DNA of 64,000 bases from Malacoraja senta (Eukaryota), in assembly GCA_038087875.1 (NCBI GenBank), contig CM075977.1, positions 312,046,001-312,110,000 of the forward strand, given 5' to 3'. The notes below the pieces were generated by a model. The model saw only the letters and a list, made by a program, of their open reading frames with translations, had not been told where the DNA came from and did no database searches. A program made the translations under genes and the position numbers. Shown here piece after piece: positions 13,446 to 26,050 of the stretch. Numbering within the stretch: position 1 is the stretch's first letter; each line of letters begins with the position of its first letter.

Positions 13446-13966
13446 AGATCTATTTCAGAAATTTAAACTAAAAGAGAAAATACTGGAAACAGCAGGCAGG
13501 CTACATTTGTGGGAAGAGAAACAGAATTCATGTTTTGGGTCAGAGACCCTTCGTCAGAACACTTTTCTGTTTTTATATTACATATCCAGCATCTGCAGGT
13601 TTTTTATTTACATCAGAAATTTGTATGTCAGATGATTTTCCAAATTTATAGCTTTTTTAGTTACAGTAATTATAGTAAATAATTTTGTGTGTATGTTTGT
13701 TAATAACAGTTGAGGCTCCCTACTGGAAACATGGTTGGAACTATTTCCACTCTCTTACAATAAGTTTGTAACATGCAGTAGAACCATCACTCACAAATGG
13801 CTTTCTATCTTACTTCAGGCAAAAAAATGTTAACAGAACTGGAAGCACTCTGAACAATGCCCTGAGCCCATATGTTATAAAATACTGTTGACACCCAATG
13901 TCAAAACAAAATCATTCAGTCATTATGCACACTGATGTATTATTTCCCAACATCTGCTTCTCACAG

Positions 13967-14057
13967 TTAAGCCCTATGAACGGATGAATCTTGCAGAGCT
14001 AAAGGAAGCAGAGGATGATTTTGATGAGGAGGATGAAAATGCTATTGAATTGTACAG
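13967..14057 (+). CDS. PDCL2: PDCL2 exon 3 (VKPYERMNLAELKEAEDDFDEEDENAIELYR)
   Basis: 91 nt, AG/GT, phases 1 and 2 compatible with the neighbouring exons. Confidence 0.95.
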
Positions 14058-15437
14058 GTCAGCATGAATTTTAAACAGCTGCCACACGGAAGGGATCTCT
14101 TTTGATCTAAACACTGTATATGCGGATAAAGTACTATTAATATATCTCACTTTCTTACACTTACTTTTGCAATATATGCATACATTTGAAAGGATCAAAG
14201 AGAATTTTGAGGATTAGGAGTATGCCGGCCAATGTGAAATATGAAAACATACTTTGCATCAACTTTAAAAGTTTGGAAGGAACTTTACTTGTTGGAATCC
14301 AGTTTTGAAAATTCACCGTACTGTGTATCATTGGCACCAGCTCAAAGGCTCTGGACCCGCACCCACCCCCTCCCCCCCACCTCCAATCCTATGAATCCTC
14401 GTCTTCCACTGCACTGATCTGCCCAGGCCTATGATCCAACAATCCCACAAACTCATAATGGAGACTGTCCAACATTCCCACTCCATTCCATTTACCTGAA
14501 CTCTGATCTGATCCGGATATCTGAACTTGATTGCTGGCACCATTGCGCCCATCCCTAACTCCAGTTCCTATGAAGGAAGGTCATACAGTCAGAGTTACAC
14601 AACATGGAAATAGGGCCTTAGGCCCAACTCATTCATACCGACCAAGGTGCCTTCCTGAGCTGGTGCCATTTTGCCGGCATTTGGCCCATACCACTAAACA
14701 TTTCCTATCCACGAACCTGTCCAAATGTCTTTTAAACATTATAATTGTACCTGCCTCTCCTTCCTCTGGCAGGTTGTTCCACATTCCCACCACCCTGTGT
14801 GAAAGAGTAGTCCCTCAGATCCCCTTTAAATCTTATTCCTCTCACTTTAAACCAATGTTCTCTACGTTGTGACTCCCCTACCCTGGGAATACAGACTGTT
14901 ACCATCCACCTTATCTGTGCTCCTCATAATTTAATTAACCTCTATAAGGTCAATCCTCAGCCTCCTTTGCTCCAGGAAAAATAGTCACAGTCTATCCTGT
15001 CTTTCCTCATAGGCTAAAGGGATCGGGGGTATGGAGAGAAGGCAGGTACAGGATACTGAGTTGGATGATCAGCCATGATCATATTGAATGGCGGTGCAGG
15101 CTCGAAGGGCCGAATGGCCGACTCCTGCACCTATTTTCTATGTTTCTGTTTCTATAGCTCATGCCGTCCAGTCCTAGTAACATCCTTGTGAATATTCTCT
15201 GCACCCTCTCCAGCTCATTCTCATTTTTCCTATGGTAAGGCAAACAGAACTACACACAACAATACGGTCTCACCAATGTCCTTTACAGCTGTAGCATGAT
15301 GTCCCAAATCTTGGATTCAATGCTCTGTTTGATGAATGCAAGCATGTCATATATCTCTATTGACTCTGGGAACTATGCACTTCTACCACTGAAAACTCTG
15401 CTCCACAACACCCCCAGTTGGCAAAGGGAACAAAAAT

Positions 15438-15490
15438 GAGAGAGAGAGAGAGAGAGAGAGTAGAGAGTAGAGAGTAGAGAGAGAGAGAGG
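15438..15490. repeat. (AG)n microsatellite, interrupted
   Basis: GAGAGA... run with TAGAGAG interruptions. Confidence 0.9.
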
Positions 15491-15956
15491 AATACAAAAG
15501 GTGTGAGTTATCTGAAATTGGAATAAGCAATGTTCATACCATTTGGGTGTAGACTAGCCAGGTGAATATGGGGTATCATACACTGTCAAACACCACAGAA
15601 AAACGCCCTTTGCCTGACTTGTCCATGATGTTCATCTAAGTTGCATTTGGCCCCACACTAGCAGTGAAGAAGGCTGTCGAGGGAGAGATTGCTGTGAGAA
15701 TGAGAAGGAGGGTTGAAATAGCATGCAAACAAGAGCTCGGGAAATGTCAAATTTGTGAGTCTATGTCCATAAGCTTGAACAGGAAACAGACCATTGCAAT
15801 CATATCAATGCAGTGAGATCCATTTGTTCAGGTACATAAAATGAAAGATTTGAAAGAATATGGGGAAAGAGAGGAAAATGGGAACTGCAATTATGATTAT
15901 TTTGCAATTCATAGATATGAGTTCCACACTGAAAATAGTTCACATTTATATTTTAG

Positions 15957-16100
15957 ATGCCAGAGAGTGGCAGAATGGCAAGCTGTACAGAAAAAAAGCA
16001 GATTTGGTGAGTTGGCTGAACTGCAAGGAGATGAGTACGTAAAACAAGTTACCTATGCAGGAGAAGATGTATGGGTCATACTTCATCTTTACAGACCTGG
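15957..16100 (+). CDS. PDCL2: PDCL2 exon 4 (CQRVAEWQAVQKKSRFGELAELQGDEYVKQVTYAGEDVWVILHLYRPG)
   Basis: 144 nt, AG/GT; start of the thioredoxin-like domain (WVILHLY). Confidence 0.96.
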
Positions 16101-16776
16101 GTACGTAGTCAATCAGACCCCAGATGTTTCAGTCAGTTGTGCTAACATTTTATGAAGTTTCAACAAGGAACAACAGGATAACTAATTCTACAAACTAATG
16201 TCCCATATCATATGTGTTATTATTAAATGAAATAGGAATATTTTTGTTCACTCAAGATAAAATCACCAATATTGTTTGCAATGCTTCAAATTACAAAATA
16301 TTGGTGCACAATCAAGAATAATGTTTAGGTGGTAAATATTTGTAATTTGGAAGTTTTCAGAGATCATGCTCATTTATAAAACAGAAAATGTTGGAAAGAC
16401 TCTGTAGAGAAAGAAAACAAAAGTTAATACATTAGGTCAATGGCCTTTCATCAGAACTAGGAAAAACTAGAGATAAACAGATTTTAACATGCAGACATGA
16501 GAAGAGAAAGAAATAAGAGAGATTTGTGTTAGTGCGGATAGTGCAGGGTATTATAATGCAAGCTGAGAGAAAGAAGTACTGGGATACATAAATTAGCAGA
16601 AAGCTCATCTAGAGAAAGTGTGAATACGAGAAGCAGAGTCATTATCTGAAGTAACTAAAGCAAATAATGCTGGAAATCAGAAATAAAAATCGAGTCAAGA
16701 GCGTTACGAACAACAGAATAATGACACTCGGAGTTGCAGCAGCTTAAGGCCCATAAATGCAATGCACACTGATAGT

Positions 16777-17058
16777 CATCATCATCATCGTTGAAAACAT
16801 CAACCGGCACGGTGCCTGACAATGCTATGTACGACAGTGATCGCAACTTCTACTGAAGTATGAATGTCCGTTGGCTCGCTAGGAGCTCATCCGCGCTTTG
16901 ACAGGTCTTGGTTTTGGTCCTGTTGGGGTCCACAGACCCCATCCTCACCTGGCAAACCAGGTGGGGGAGACAGTTTAGTCGCCGTCTATCCGACCATGGA
17001 GCAGGTAGCACGGGATTACATGGTACCCGTGGCGGGGGGAACTCCCCCCGACCTGACG
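16777..17058 (-). mobile_element. Short non-autonomous retroposon (RTE-like tail), highly structured
   Basis: Flanked by the 8-bp direct repeat CTGATAGT (16769-16776 / 17059-17066). (GAT)n tail on the minus strand; GC-rich body with several hairpins. Confidence 0.8.
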
Positions 17059-18233
17059 CTGATAGTAGATCATTATTTTTAATTCAATAAAAATTCATCA
17101 AACGAATAACTGCTGATTATTTTAAATTGTTGAACTCACTGTTGAGTGAAGAAGACATCATGAGCCTTATTGGAAGATGTGCTAGTGTTCTTTGAGCTTA
17201 TGCTGCATTTTATCGGAATCATATAGAAGATGTGGGAATGGGATATAACAAATAAAATAATACTTGGGGCTCACTTGCAGAAGATGTTCCTCTAAACAGT
17301 TTTCAAATTTATATTTGGTCTCCCCAATGAACAGCAGGCCACAATATGAGGAAGGGAGCAAGTTTTTATTTTTATTTTTCATTTGTTTTTCAGAGTCTGG
17401 GCTCCAGGCCAGCATTTATTGTCCATCTATAATTGGCTTTGGAAAAGTGGTGGAGATCAGATTTCTTGAACTGCTCAAGTCCTTCTCGTGAGGGCACTCC
17501 CACAGTGGTGTTGGGAGGGGTTTCGTGAAAATGAAGGACCTGCAATATACTTTCAAGTCAGAATAGTGCATATTGGAGGCGAGTTCCCATGCACCTGGCT
17601 GCACTAGTCCTTTTTGGTGTTAAAGGTTGCAAGTTTGGAAGTGTCCAAATGGTGGAGGGAAGGAACATTTAGAGTACCATTCAAACATGCTGCTCTACGC
17701 TGGATGGGTTTTAGCTGCTGGAGCAGGATTCACCCAGTCAAATGGAGAGTATTCCATCAGACTCTTAAACTGCCTTGCAGATGTAGGAAAGAAGATGGCG
17801 TGTCAGGAGATAATAACTCACTGCAGGATACCCAGTATTTGACCTGGTCTTGGAAGCATGGTATTTATGATGTTAATCCAGCTTAGTTTCTGGTCAATGA
17901 TGATCCTAATAATATTAATGGTGAGGGACTTGGCAATGGTAATTGCTATTGTATGTCAAGGGTATGTTAGATCCTCCCTTGTTGGCATGGTCATTGGTAC
18001 TTTTATGGAATATCTCGTGAACTAATGATTAATTTGTTTGAATTAGATCCATTGGATGCCAAAACACAATTATTGATTGGAACAGTGTGACCTGCAAAAT
18101 AGAATAAATGTTGACATGGTATGATTAGCAAAGCCTTAAGAGACTTTTATCCTCCAAAGCAGTAGCAATAGGTTTGCAAAAAGTTTAATCTGCCCTTATT
18201 TATGAAACATTTTAAAATACAATAAAACATATT

Positions 18234-18512
18234 GGCGGCACAGAGGCGCAGCGGTAAAGTTGCTGCCTCACATGCCAGAGACACGAGTTTGATCCTGATA
18301 TGGGTACGGGTTGTATGGAGTTTGTACATGCTCTCTATGACCGTGTAGGTTTTCTCCAGTGTTCCGGTTTCCTCTCACATTCCAAATTATTTTGCTTTGT
18401 AATTTTGTGCCTAATGTGTAAGATAGAGGTAAATGGTCCCTAGTGCACCGATGATCGCTGGTCGGCATGGACTTGGGCCAAAGCCCCTGTTTCTACACTG
18501 TATCGTTAAACT
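18234..18512 (+). mobile_element. tRNA-derived SINE (HE1/V-SINE-like)
   Basis: GGCGCAGCGG A-box-like and GAGTTTGATCC B-box-like motifs; same body as the other copies. Confidence 0.75.
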
Positions 18513-19244
18513 AAAATATTCATTGTCAATAATTCATGTAAGTATGTTTCAGTTACCACTTTTCCAGGCAGATTTTTGTTTCAAGTATTTGAATAGCTCA
18601 TGCATTCAAATGTAACCCTTAATTTTGACATTTTTCCATTTTCCCTATTCCATTCCTGTTTGTTCCTGCAAGTTTAATGTTATATATTGTCTCACATTAA
18701 TAAAACAAACCAACACAGGAACTTAATTTTATCATGCTTTGGAGGAGATAATATTTTAACATTTTCTCTTCCTAATTTCAAGATAAAAACAAGGTTTCAA
18801 AGGTATTATTTCAAAGGCATCCTGCTATTACTATCTCACGTTTCATATTGAGAGTAAACTTGGTTGAGCTAAAGATTGCAGGTATAAATAATGCTGCTCC
18901 AGCAGATGGCTATAAGTAAGGTACCTAATTTTTAAAACTATTCACAGAACAAAAAATGTAGTTATGAATCTAATTTTCCAATCCCAGCAAAATCTTTTAA
19001 ACCTCAAGTATGTAAAAATGGAATTTACTTTACTCCATTAGGTGCCGAAGTGGTAAAGGCTGTCACTTGAGAACACTAATGATTCTTATATATTGTGTTG
19101 TTCAGTTTTATCGGGGAGAAGAGGATCGCTCCTATGTTACAAGGAGAACAATCCTCTTTCTCCATTCTTATCCATTCTGTCTGTTGGGTAGGACTGTCCA
19201 ACCAATAAATTATATTCTTAATATGCACTGCCCAATAATAATAC

Positions 19245-19490
19245 TAAAAGTTCGGAAGTGAAAGTCCCCCAACGTCTTTTGGTTTGCACAAGTGTTTTCT
19301 TTGAATTCTATGTGATCTATAGTCCCAAATAAAATTGTTAATATTAGAGTCTAGTTTTTTGAAAAAGTTTTTTGGTATATATAATGGTATAGATTGAAAT
19401 AGGTATAATATTTGTGGTAAAAAGATCATTTTTATAGCGTTTATTCTTCCTATTAATGATAACGGAAGTGTTTTCCAGAATTTAATCAGT
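19245..19490 (-). mobile_element. L1/Tx1-type LINE ORF2 fragment
   Basis: LPQILYLFQSIP...FIW...GGLSLPNF, the same region as in the L1 at 44201-47949. Confidence 0.85.
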
Positions 19491-19760
19491 GGGTGATTTC
19501 TATTAATTGAATTTCCATGGGGGTTCTTTTGATTCTATAACTTCAGGGAAGGGGGAGGGGAAACAAACTAGAAACAACATAAAAACAATTTACATCACTT
19601 ATCTGGAGTTTTTGCTACTTTTCCTCTGAAGTTGCGATGGATAAGCTAAAAAACTCTTTCAGCGGTTTATTATCATTGTTTATTTATCTTTGCAAATATA
19701 GATTCAAATATTAAGGCAAACAGAACTGTATAATCTTTTTTGTTACTATTGTTACTGCAG

Positions 19761-19966
19761 CATACCAATGTGCATTTTCCTCAATCATCACTTGGGTCAT
19801 CTAGCTAAGAAATATCCCGAAACAAAATTCATGAAGGCTATTGCAAACATTTGTATTCCTAACTATCCAGACAAATATTTGCCAACAATATTTGTGTATT
19901 TTGAGGGTCAAATGAAGGCAAGGTTCATTGGATTGGAATGTGGATTACCAGATATGAAGTTAGAAG
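19761..19966 (+). CDS. PDCL2: PDCL2 exon 5 ([68 protein letters not shown])
   Basis: 206 nt, AG/GT; phosducin thioredoxin-like core ([17 protein letters not shown]). Confidence 0.96.
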
Positions 19967-21379
19967 GTAATGTGTTTTAATTGTTGGCAATAGTTGAAAT
20001 GTTTCTGTCCTAAATCATGTAAGAAAAAATAATTTATCAACATTGCTCTCAATTGTCTTCTACCTTTCTCTACTTCTCCTGAAACAGTGACAACCTGTTG
20101 GAATATGATTTTACTGACAGTGATAAATTTCTAATTTTTCATTCTGAAGCCTCCATATTAAAGATTGTAAAGGTGCATCATCAACCTGAGGTCTTCATTG
20201 CAAGCTGATTATTTACCAAATATAATATCATCCACAAACTTTATGGTGCTATTTCCTTTGCAAGGTTCTTTATAAACACTGAAAAGAGTGATGATGTTAC
20301 AATTGACCCTTGGGAAACACCAGTCAGCAGTTTGTTTTTCAAAGCACGAAAATGCCCATGTTCAGAAATTTGTTGATTTGTGGACATGCCATTACTACCC
20401 AGCAGAAGCAGATACACTAAAAGTCTAAATTTGAAATGTTAGAAGAAATATTGCAGTGAATTGTTGACTTCTTAATCAGTAATGCATAGTTCTGTTTTTA
20501 AATAAAGGGCACTAAGTTCAAATAATCATTTTTCCTGAAGATAATGCTGGAGTAACTCAGCGGGACAGGCAACATCTCTGGATAGAAGGATTGGGTGAAG
20601 TTTTAGGTGAAGACCCTTCTTCATTCCTCCTGATGCAGGGTTTCAACCTGAAATGCCAACAATCCCTTTCACGCAACAGATTCCAGAGTTCCTCTGCAGA
20701 TTTCATGTTTTCCCTATAGATGCTCCACTGGTCATATTAAACCAAATTGGTGGTAGGGTCCTGCTTCTAATGCGTGAATATTTACTTTGAACATAGAACA
20801 GTACAGCTCAGGAACAGGCCCTTCGGTCCACAATGTCTGTGCTGCACATGATCTCAAGTTAAACTAGTTTCCTTTGCCTGCACATGATCCATTTACCCAA
20901 TTCACTGCTTATCCATGTGCCTATCTAAAGGCCTCTTAAATGCCACTAGCGTATCTGCCTCGACCGTCACCCCTGGCAGCACGTTCCATCCATCCATCGT
21001 GCTCTATGTGAAAATCTTGCCCTGCGCATCGCTTAAAAACTTTGCCCACCTCATCTTAAAGCCATGCCCATATGGTGCTTCTGTCCAGAGACCTAAAGGG
21101 AGTCAATCCCACGAGGACTCAGCACTTGCCACAGCAATTTAACTACTGCTGTTGCCAGCTGACCGGAAAGAACTTTGAGAGGTCTCAAAGAAGCAAAAGA
21201 GCCTACATCCTGAATGAGGACTGCTTGTGCCATTCCTTCTGCAGAAGGGTCTCGACCCAAAACGTCACCTGTTCCTTTTCTCCAGAGATGTTGCCTGACC
21301 CACTGCATTTTGTCTATCTTTGGTGTAAACCAGCATCTGCAGTTCCTTCCTGCACATGTAAACATAGCACTCTGTAAAC

Positions 21380-21530
21380 AATATAATATATAATAAATAT
21401 ATTTATCTTCTTATATTTTATTATTTATTATATTATATTTTATTATATAAATATATATTATATATATATTTATAAATATATACAAATATATCATAAATAT
21501 ATAACAATATAATAAACAAAACACACCCAC
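21380..21530. repeat. AT-rich low-complexity tract
   Basis: Irregular TA/ATA repeats with almost no G or C. Confidence 0.85.
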
Positions 21531-22582
21531 ATACTAATTAAAAACAAACAAACAAACAATAATAGTGCAAAAAGACAAAACCTATGCCCCACGTCTATGT
21601 AGTTCGGAGCTTATTTGGCGGTTGTAGTGTTTAATAGCCTGATGACTGTTGGGAAGAAACTGTTCCTGAACCTGGATACTACAGAGTCCAGGCTCCTATA
21701 TCTTCTTCCGAATGGCAGGTGTGAAATGAGTGTGTGGCCAGGATGGTGCGAGTGTCTGATGCTGCCAGCTCATTTTTTGAGGCAGCGACTCCTGCAAATC
21801 CCTTCAATGGTGGGGAGGTCAGTACCCGGTCAGTTCACCACTTTTTGCAGTCTTCTTCGCTCCTAGGCATTCAAGTTGCCGAATCAGGCGTGATACAACC
21901 AGTCAATATGCTCTCTACTGTACACCTTGAATATTTTCGCTACTTTCCTGAGGCAGTGTAAAGTATACATGGCGTAGATGGGGGAGAGCATGGGGTCTGT
22001 AAAGGACTAAGCTATATCCACAACTTTCTGCAATATCTTGCAGTCTTAGGCAGTGTTGTTATCAAACCAAGCCTTGCATCTGTTGAAGTTGGTGAGAACT
22101 GTTGGAGACATGCCGAACTTCCCCATCTTCTGAGGAAGTGGAGGCATTTGTGTGCTTTCTTGGCAGTAGCTTCAATATGGATATTGGTGATATTTGTAGC
22201 CAGGAACACAAAGCTCTCGACCATCTCCATTTCAGCAGTATTGATGCTGTCTGGGGCATGAAAACCACATTGTTACCTGAAGTCAACAACTATCACCTTC
22301 ATCCTGATGAAATTGAAGGAGAGATTGTTGGCTTGACACCTTGTTACTAAGCTCTCTAGAGTTGCGCAGCTTTGATTGGGAAAGAGGTGTGAGCAACAAA
22401 GAGGGAGAATGCGGGACAATGTGGGAGATGGGGCCTGAGTTCAGACAATGTATATCAAAATATGAGTGAGACGGTTACCATGTCAGCTTTTGTGAAGAAT
22501 TAAACATATTGGTGCATGTTGCTTGCTGTATTATCAACAGCCATTTGTTGCTTTGGCAATTTGCTTTGTAAATCTTGTTCCA

Positions 22583-25500
22583 AGTCAAGTGTCAAGAGAG
22601 TTTTATTGTCATGTGTCCCAGATAGGACATTGAAATTCTTGCTTGCTGCAGCACAACAGAATATATAAACATAATACTGAACAGGAGATAAAACGTTCAG
22701 TGTGTCTATATACCATAGACCATATATGTACACAATAAATAAACAGATAAAGTGCAATAGGCTGTAATTGTTCAGAGTTTGTTTGATGGCGAGTTTAATA
22801 GCCTGATGGCTGTGGGGAAGTAGCTGTTCCTGAACCTGGATGTTCCAGATTTCAAGCTCCTGTACCTTACCTTCTTCCCAATGGCAACGGAGAGACGAGT
22901 GTGTGGCCAGGATGGTGTGGGTCTTTGATGATGTTGGCAGACTTTCTGAGGCAGTGACTGCGATAGATCCCTTCGCTGGTGGGGAGGTCAGAGCCGATGA
23001 TGGACTGGGCAGTGTTCACAACTTTCTGCAATCTTTTCGCCTCCTGGACGTTCAAGTTATCGAACCGAGCCATGATGCAACCAGTCAGCATGCTCTCTAC
23101 TGTGCACCTGTAGATGTTCGAGAGAGTCCTCCTTGACAAACTGAATCTCCGTAATCTTCTCAGGAAGTAGAGGCGCTGATGTGCCTTCTTTATGATTGCA
23201 TCAGTGTGCTAGGACCAGGAAAGATCTTTGGAAATATGCACGCCCAGGAATTTGAAGTTCTTGACCCTTTCCACCATCGTCCCGTTGATATAAACGTGAT
23301 TGTGGGTCCTTATCCTACCCTTTCCAAAGTCCACAATCAGTTCCTTGGTTTTGCTGGTGTTGAGAGCCAGGTTGTTGTGCTGGCACCATATGGACAGTTG
23401 CTCGATCTCTCTTCTATACTCGGACTCATCACCATCAGTGATACGTCCCACAACAGTGGTGTCGTCGGCGAACTTGATGATGGAGTTCGAACTATGTCCA
23501 GCTACGCAGTCATGAGTATAGAATGAGTACAGCAGGGGGCTGAGCACGCAGCCTTGAGGTGCTCCCATGTTCATTGTTAACGAGGACACATTTGCACCAA
23601 TACGAAAAGACGGTGATCTGTGAATGAGGAAGTCGAGGATCCAATTGCAGAGGGATGCGCAGAGACCCAGATCTGATAGCTTGGTAACCAGCTTGGAGGA
23701 GATGATGGTATTAAACGCCAAGCTGTAGTCTATGAATAACAGCCTGACGTATGTTTTTTTGTTGTCTAAGTGGTCCAGAGCGGAGTGGAGAGCCAGTGAG
23801 ATCGCATCCATCGTTGACCTGTTGGGACAGTAAGCGAACTGCAGTGGGTCGAGGTTCTTGTCGAGGTAGGAGTTGATATGTGCCATAATCAACCTCTCAA
23901 AGCACTTCATCACCACAGACGTTAGTGCCAAGTCATTGAGGCACGTCACCTTGCTCTTCTTGGGCACCGGTATTATTGATGCCCTTTTAAAGCAGGTGGG
24001 AACCTCAGACCTCAGAAGTGAGAGGTTGAAAATGTCCGTAAAATCTCCAGCCGGTTGGTCCGCACAGGTTTTTAGAATACGTATACCATCAGGTCCAGGC
24101 GCTTTCCGAGGGCTCACCCGCCTGAAGGATCTTCTGATGTCGGCCTCTGTGACTGTGACTGAAATACCATCATGGCGAGTGGGGGCTCGGGAAGGCACAT
24201 CAGTGTTCTCCCTATCAAAGCGTAAAGGGCCTGTCCCACTTGGCCGCCATTTGCGCCTCATTTACGCGTCATATGTAAAATAGGTCGACGCGTCGTTACA
24301 CGCGATGTCGCGCGTAAATCATGCGTCATCATACCGTCTGCTGCGCGTGATGTCATTAGAATACCCTGCGGCACGCGGTGACGCATGGTTACGCACGGCG
24401 ACATAACCATGCGTCATGCGATACACGTGAGATGTCGGAATGCAGCGTGTGATGCCAATGCGTCAGCATGCGTACCCAATGCGTCAGCGTGCGTATGCGA
24501 TATGTCACACAGGTGGCGAGCGAGGATTTTGTGCAGCACAAAATCCTGGAGCGCCGCGCTATACCGCGCACAACTCCACACTCCTCCACGCCTCTCCATG
24601 CGCTCGTCCCGCGCTACCCACACGCTACCCACGCGTCACAACGCATCGACCTATTTTACATATGACGTGTAAATGAGGCGCAAATGACGGCCATGTGGGA
24701 CAAGCCCTTAAGTAGAATGCATTGAGCTTGTCGGAGTGATGCTTCGCTGACATTTGAGCTGCCTCCTGATTTTGCCTTATAGGAGGTGATGGCATTCAAG
24801 CCCCGCCACAGTTGCCGAACATCCGTCTCATCCTCTAGCTTGGAGCAGAAGTCCCTTTTGGCCTTTTTGATGGCCTTACCAAGGTCGTATCTGGACTTCT
24901 TGTAGACCTCTATGTCTCCAGACCTGAATGCCCAGGATCTGGTCTTCAGAAGAATGCGGATCTCATGGTTTATCCAAGGCTTCTGGTTAGGAAACACTCG
25001 GAAGGTTTTTGTTGGGATGCAGTCCTCCACACATTTCTTTATGAAGTCTGTAACGACTGTGGCATATTCATTCAGGTCCGTTGCCGAGTCCCTGAACATT
25101 ACCCAGTCTACAGACTCCAAGCAGTCCTGTAGTTGTTCCTCTGCCCCCCCTCCCCTCCCCCCCGACCAGCTCTGTGCAGTCCTCATCTCTGGGGGTGCAC
25201 TCTTCAATTTCTGCCTGTAGGAAGGAAGAAGCAGCACCGCAGTATGGTCGGTTTTACCGAAGTGAGGGCGAGGGATAGAGCGATAGGTATCCTTGATGGT
25301 TATGTAGCAGTGGTCGAGGGTGTTTGGTCCTCTGGTGCTGCAGGAGACATGTTGGTGGAAGTTAGGGAGCGATTTCTTAAGGTTGGCTTTGTTGAAGTCC
25401 CCGGCAATGGTGGTAAATGCCTCGGGGTAAGCCGTCTGGTGCTTGTTGACCACGGCGTGCAGCTCCTCCAGTGCAAGATGGACGTCTGCCTGGGGTGGGA

Positions 25501-26050
25501 TGTAGACCGTGGTCAGGATGATGGAGGTGAATTCCCTCGGTAGATAGAAGGGGCGGCACTTCACCGCCAGGTGTTCCAGGTGCGGAGAGCAGGAGTTAGA
25601 TAGGACTGCCACGTCTGAGCACCACGAAGAGTTGACCATGAGGCAGACGCCCCCTCCTCTCCCTTTCCCAGATGCCTGCGTATGATCCATACGGTGGATG
25701 GAGAACCCTTCAGGCTGGACCGCTGAGTCTGGGGAGCTGGGGGTGAGCCATGTCTCTGTGAAAGAACACAGAGCATTCCCTCAGCTCCCTTTGGAAAAGC
25801 AGCCTTGACCTTAAGCCCTCCACTTTGTTTTCTAGTGACTGTACGTTAGCTAGTAGGATGGTAGGGAGAGGGAGCCAAAGTCCTCTACGCTTCAGTCTTA
25901 CTTGTAGTCCTGCCCGACGACCACGTTTCCGTACTCCCAAGAAGACCTCCTCGGTGTTTACACGTACAGTACTTGCAAGTCTCTGCGAGGTCGGGGATTC
26001 CCCTGAGATCGGGGTTTCCCTTACAGTCGGCACCTTCAGCTCCGTAGCAT
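22583..26050 (-). mobile_element. Near full-length Rex1/Babar-type non-LTR retrotransposon (APE + RT), disrupted
   Basis: ORFs 25710-26033 (ILLANVQSLENK), 24656-25690 (GDFN, TLDH endonuclease motifs), 23209-24261 ([15 protein letters not shown]) and 22867-23139; (CTTGA)n-type tail near 22583. Interrupted by a MITE. Confidence 0.9.
24226..24708. mobile_element. PIF/Harbinger-type MITE
   Basis: ~75-bp TIRs beginning AGGGCCTGTCCCAC / ending GTGGGACAAGCCCT; TAA target duplication at 24223-24225 and 24709-24711; splits the LINE between AFY and RFDREN. Confidence 0.88.

Noticed and set aside
16868-16895. Hammerhead-like CGGATGA-GCTC...GAGC-CAAC on the minus strand
   Set aside because: Both conserved boxes deviate from CUGANGA and GAAA; not called a hammerhead.
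24385-24676. Several overlapping ORFs inside the MITE
   Set aside because: Artefacts of a GC-rich, self-complementary sequence with few stop codons.
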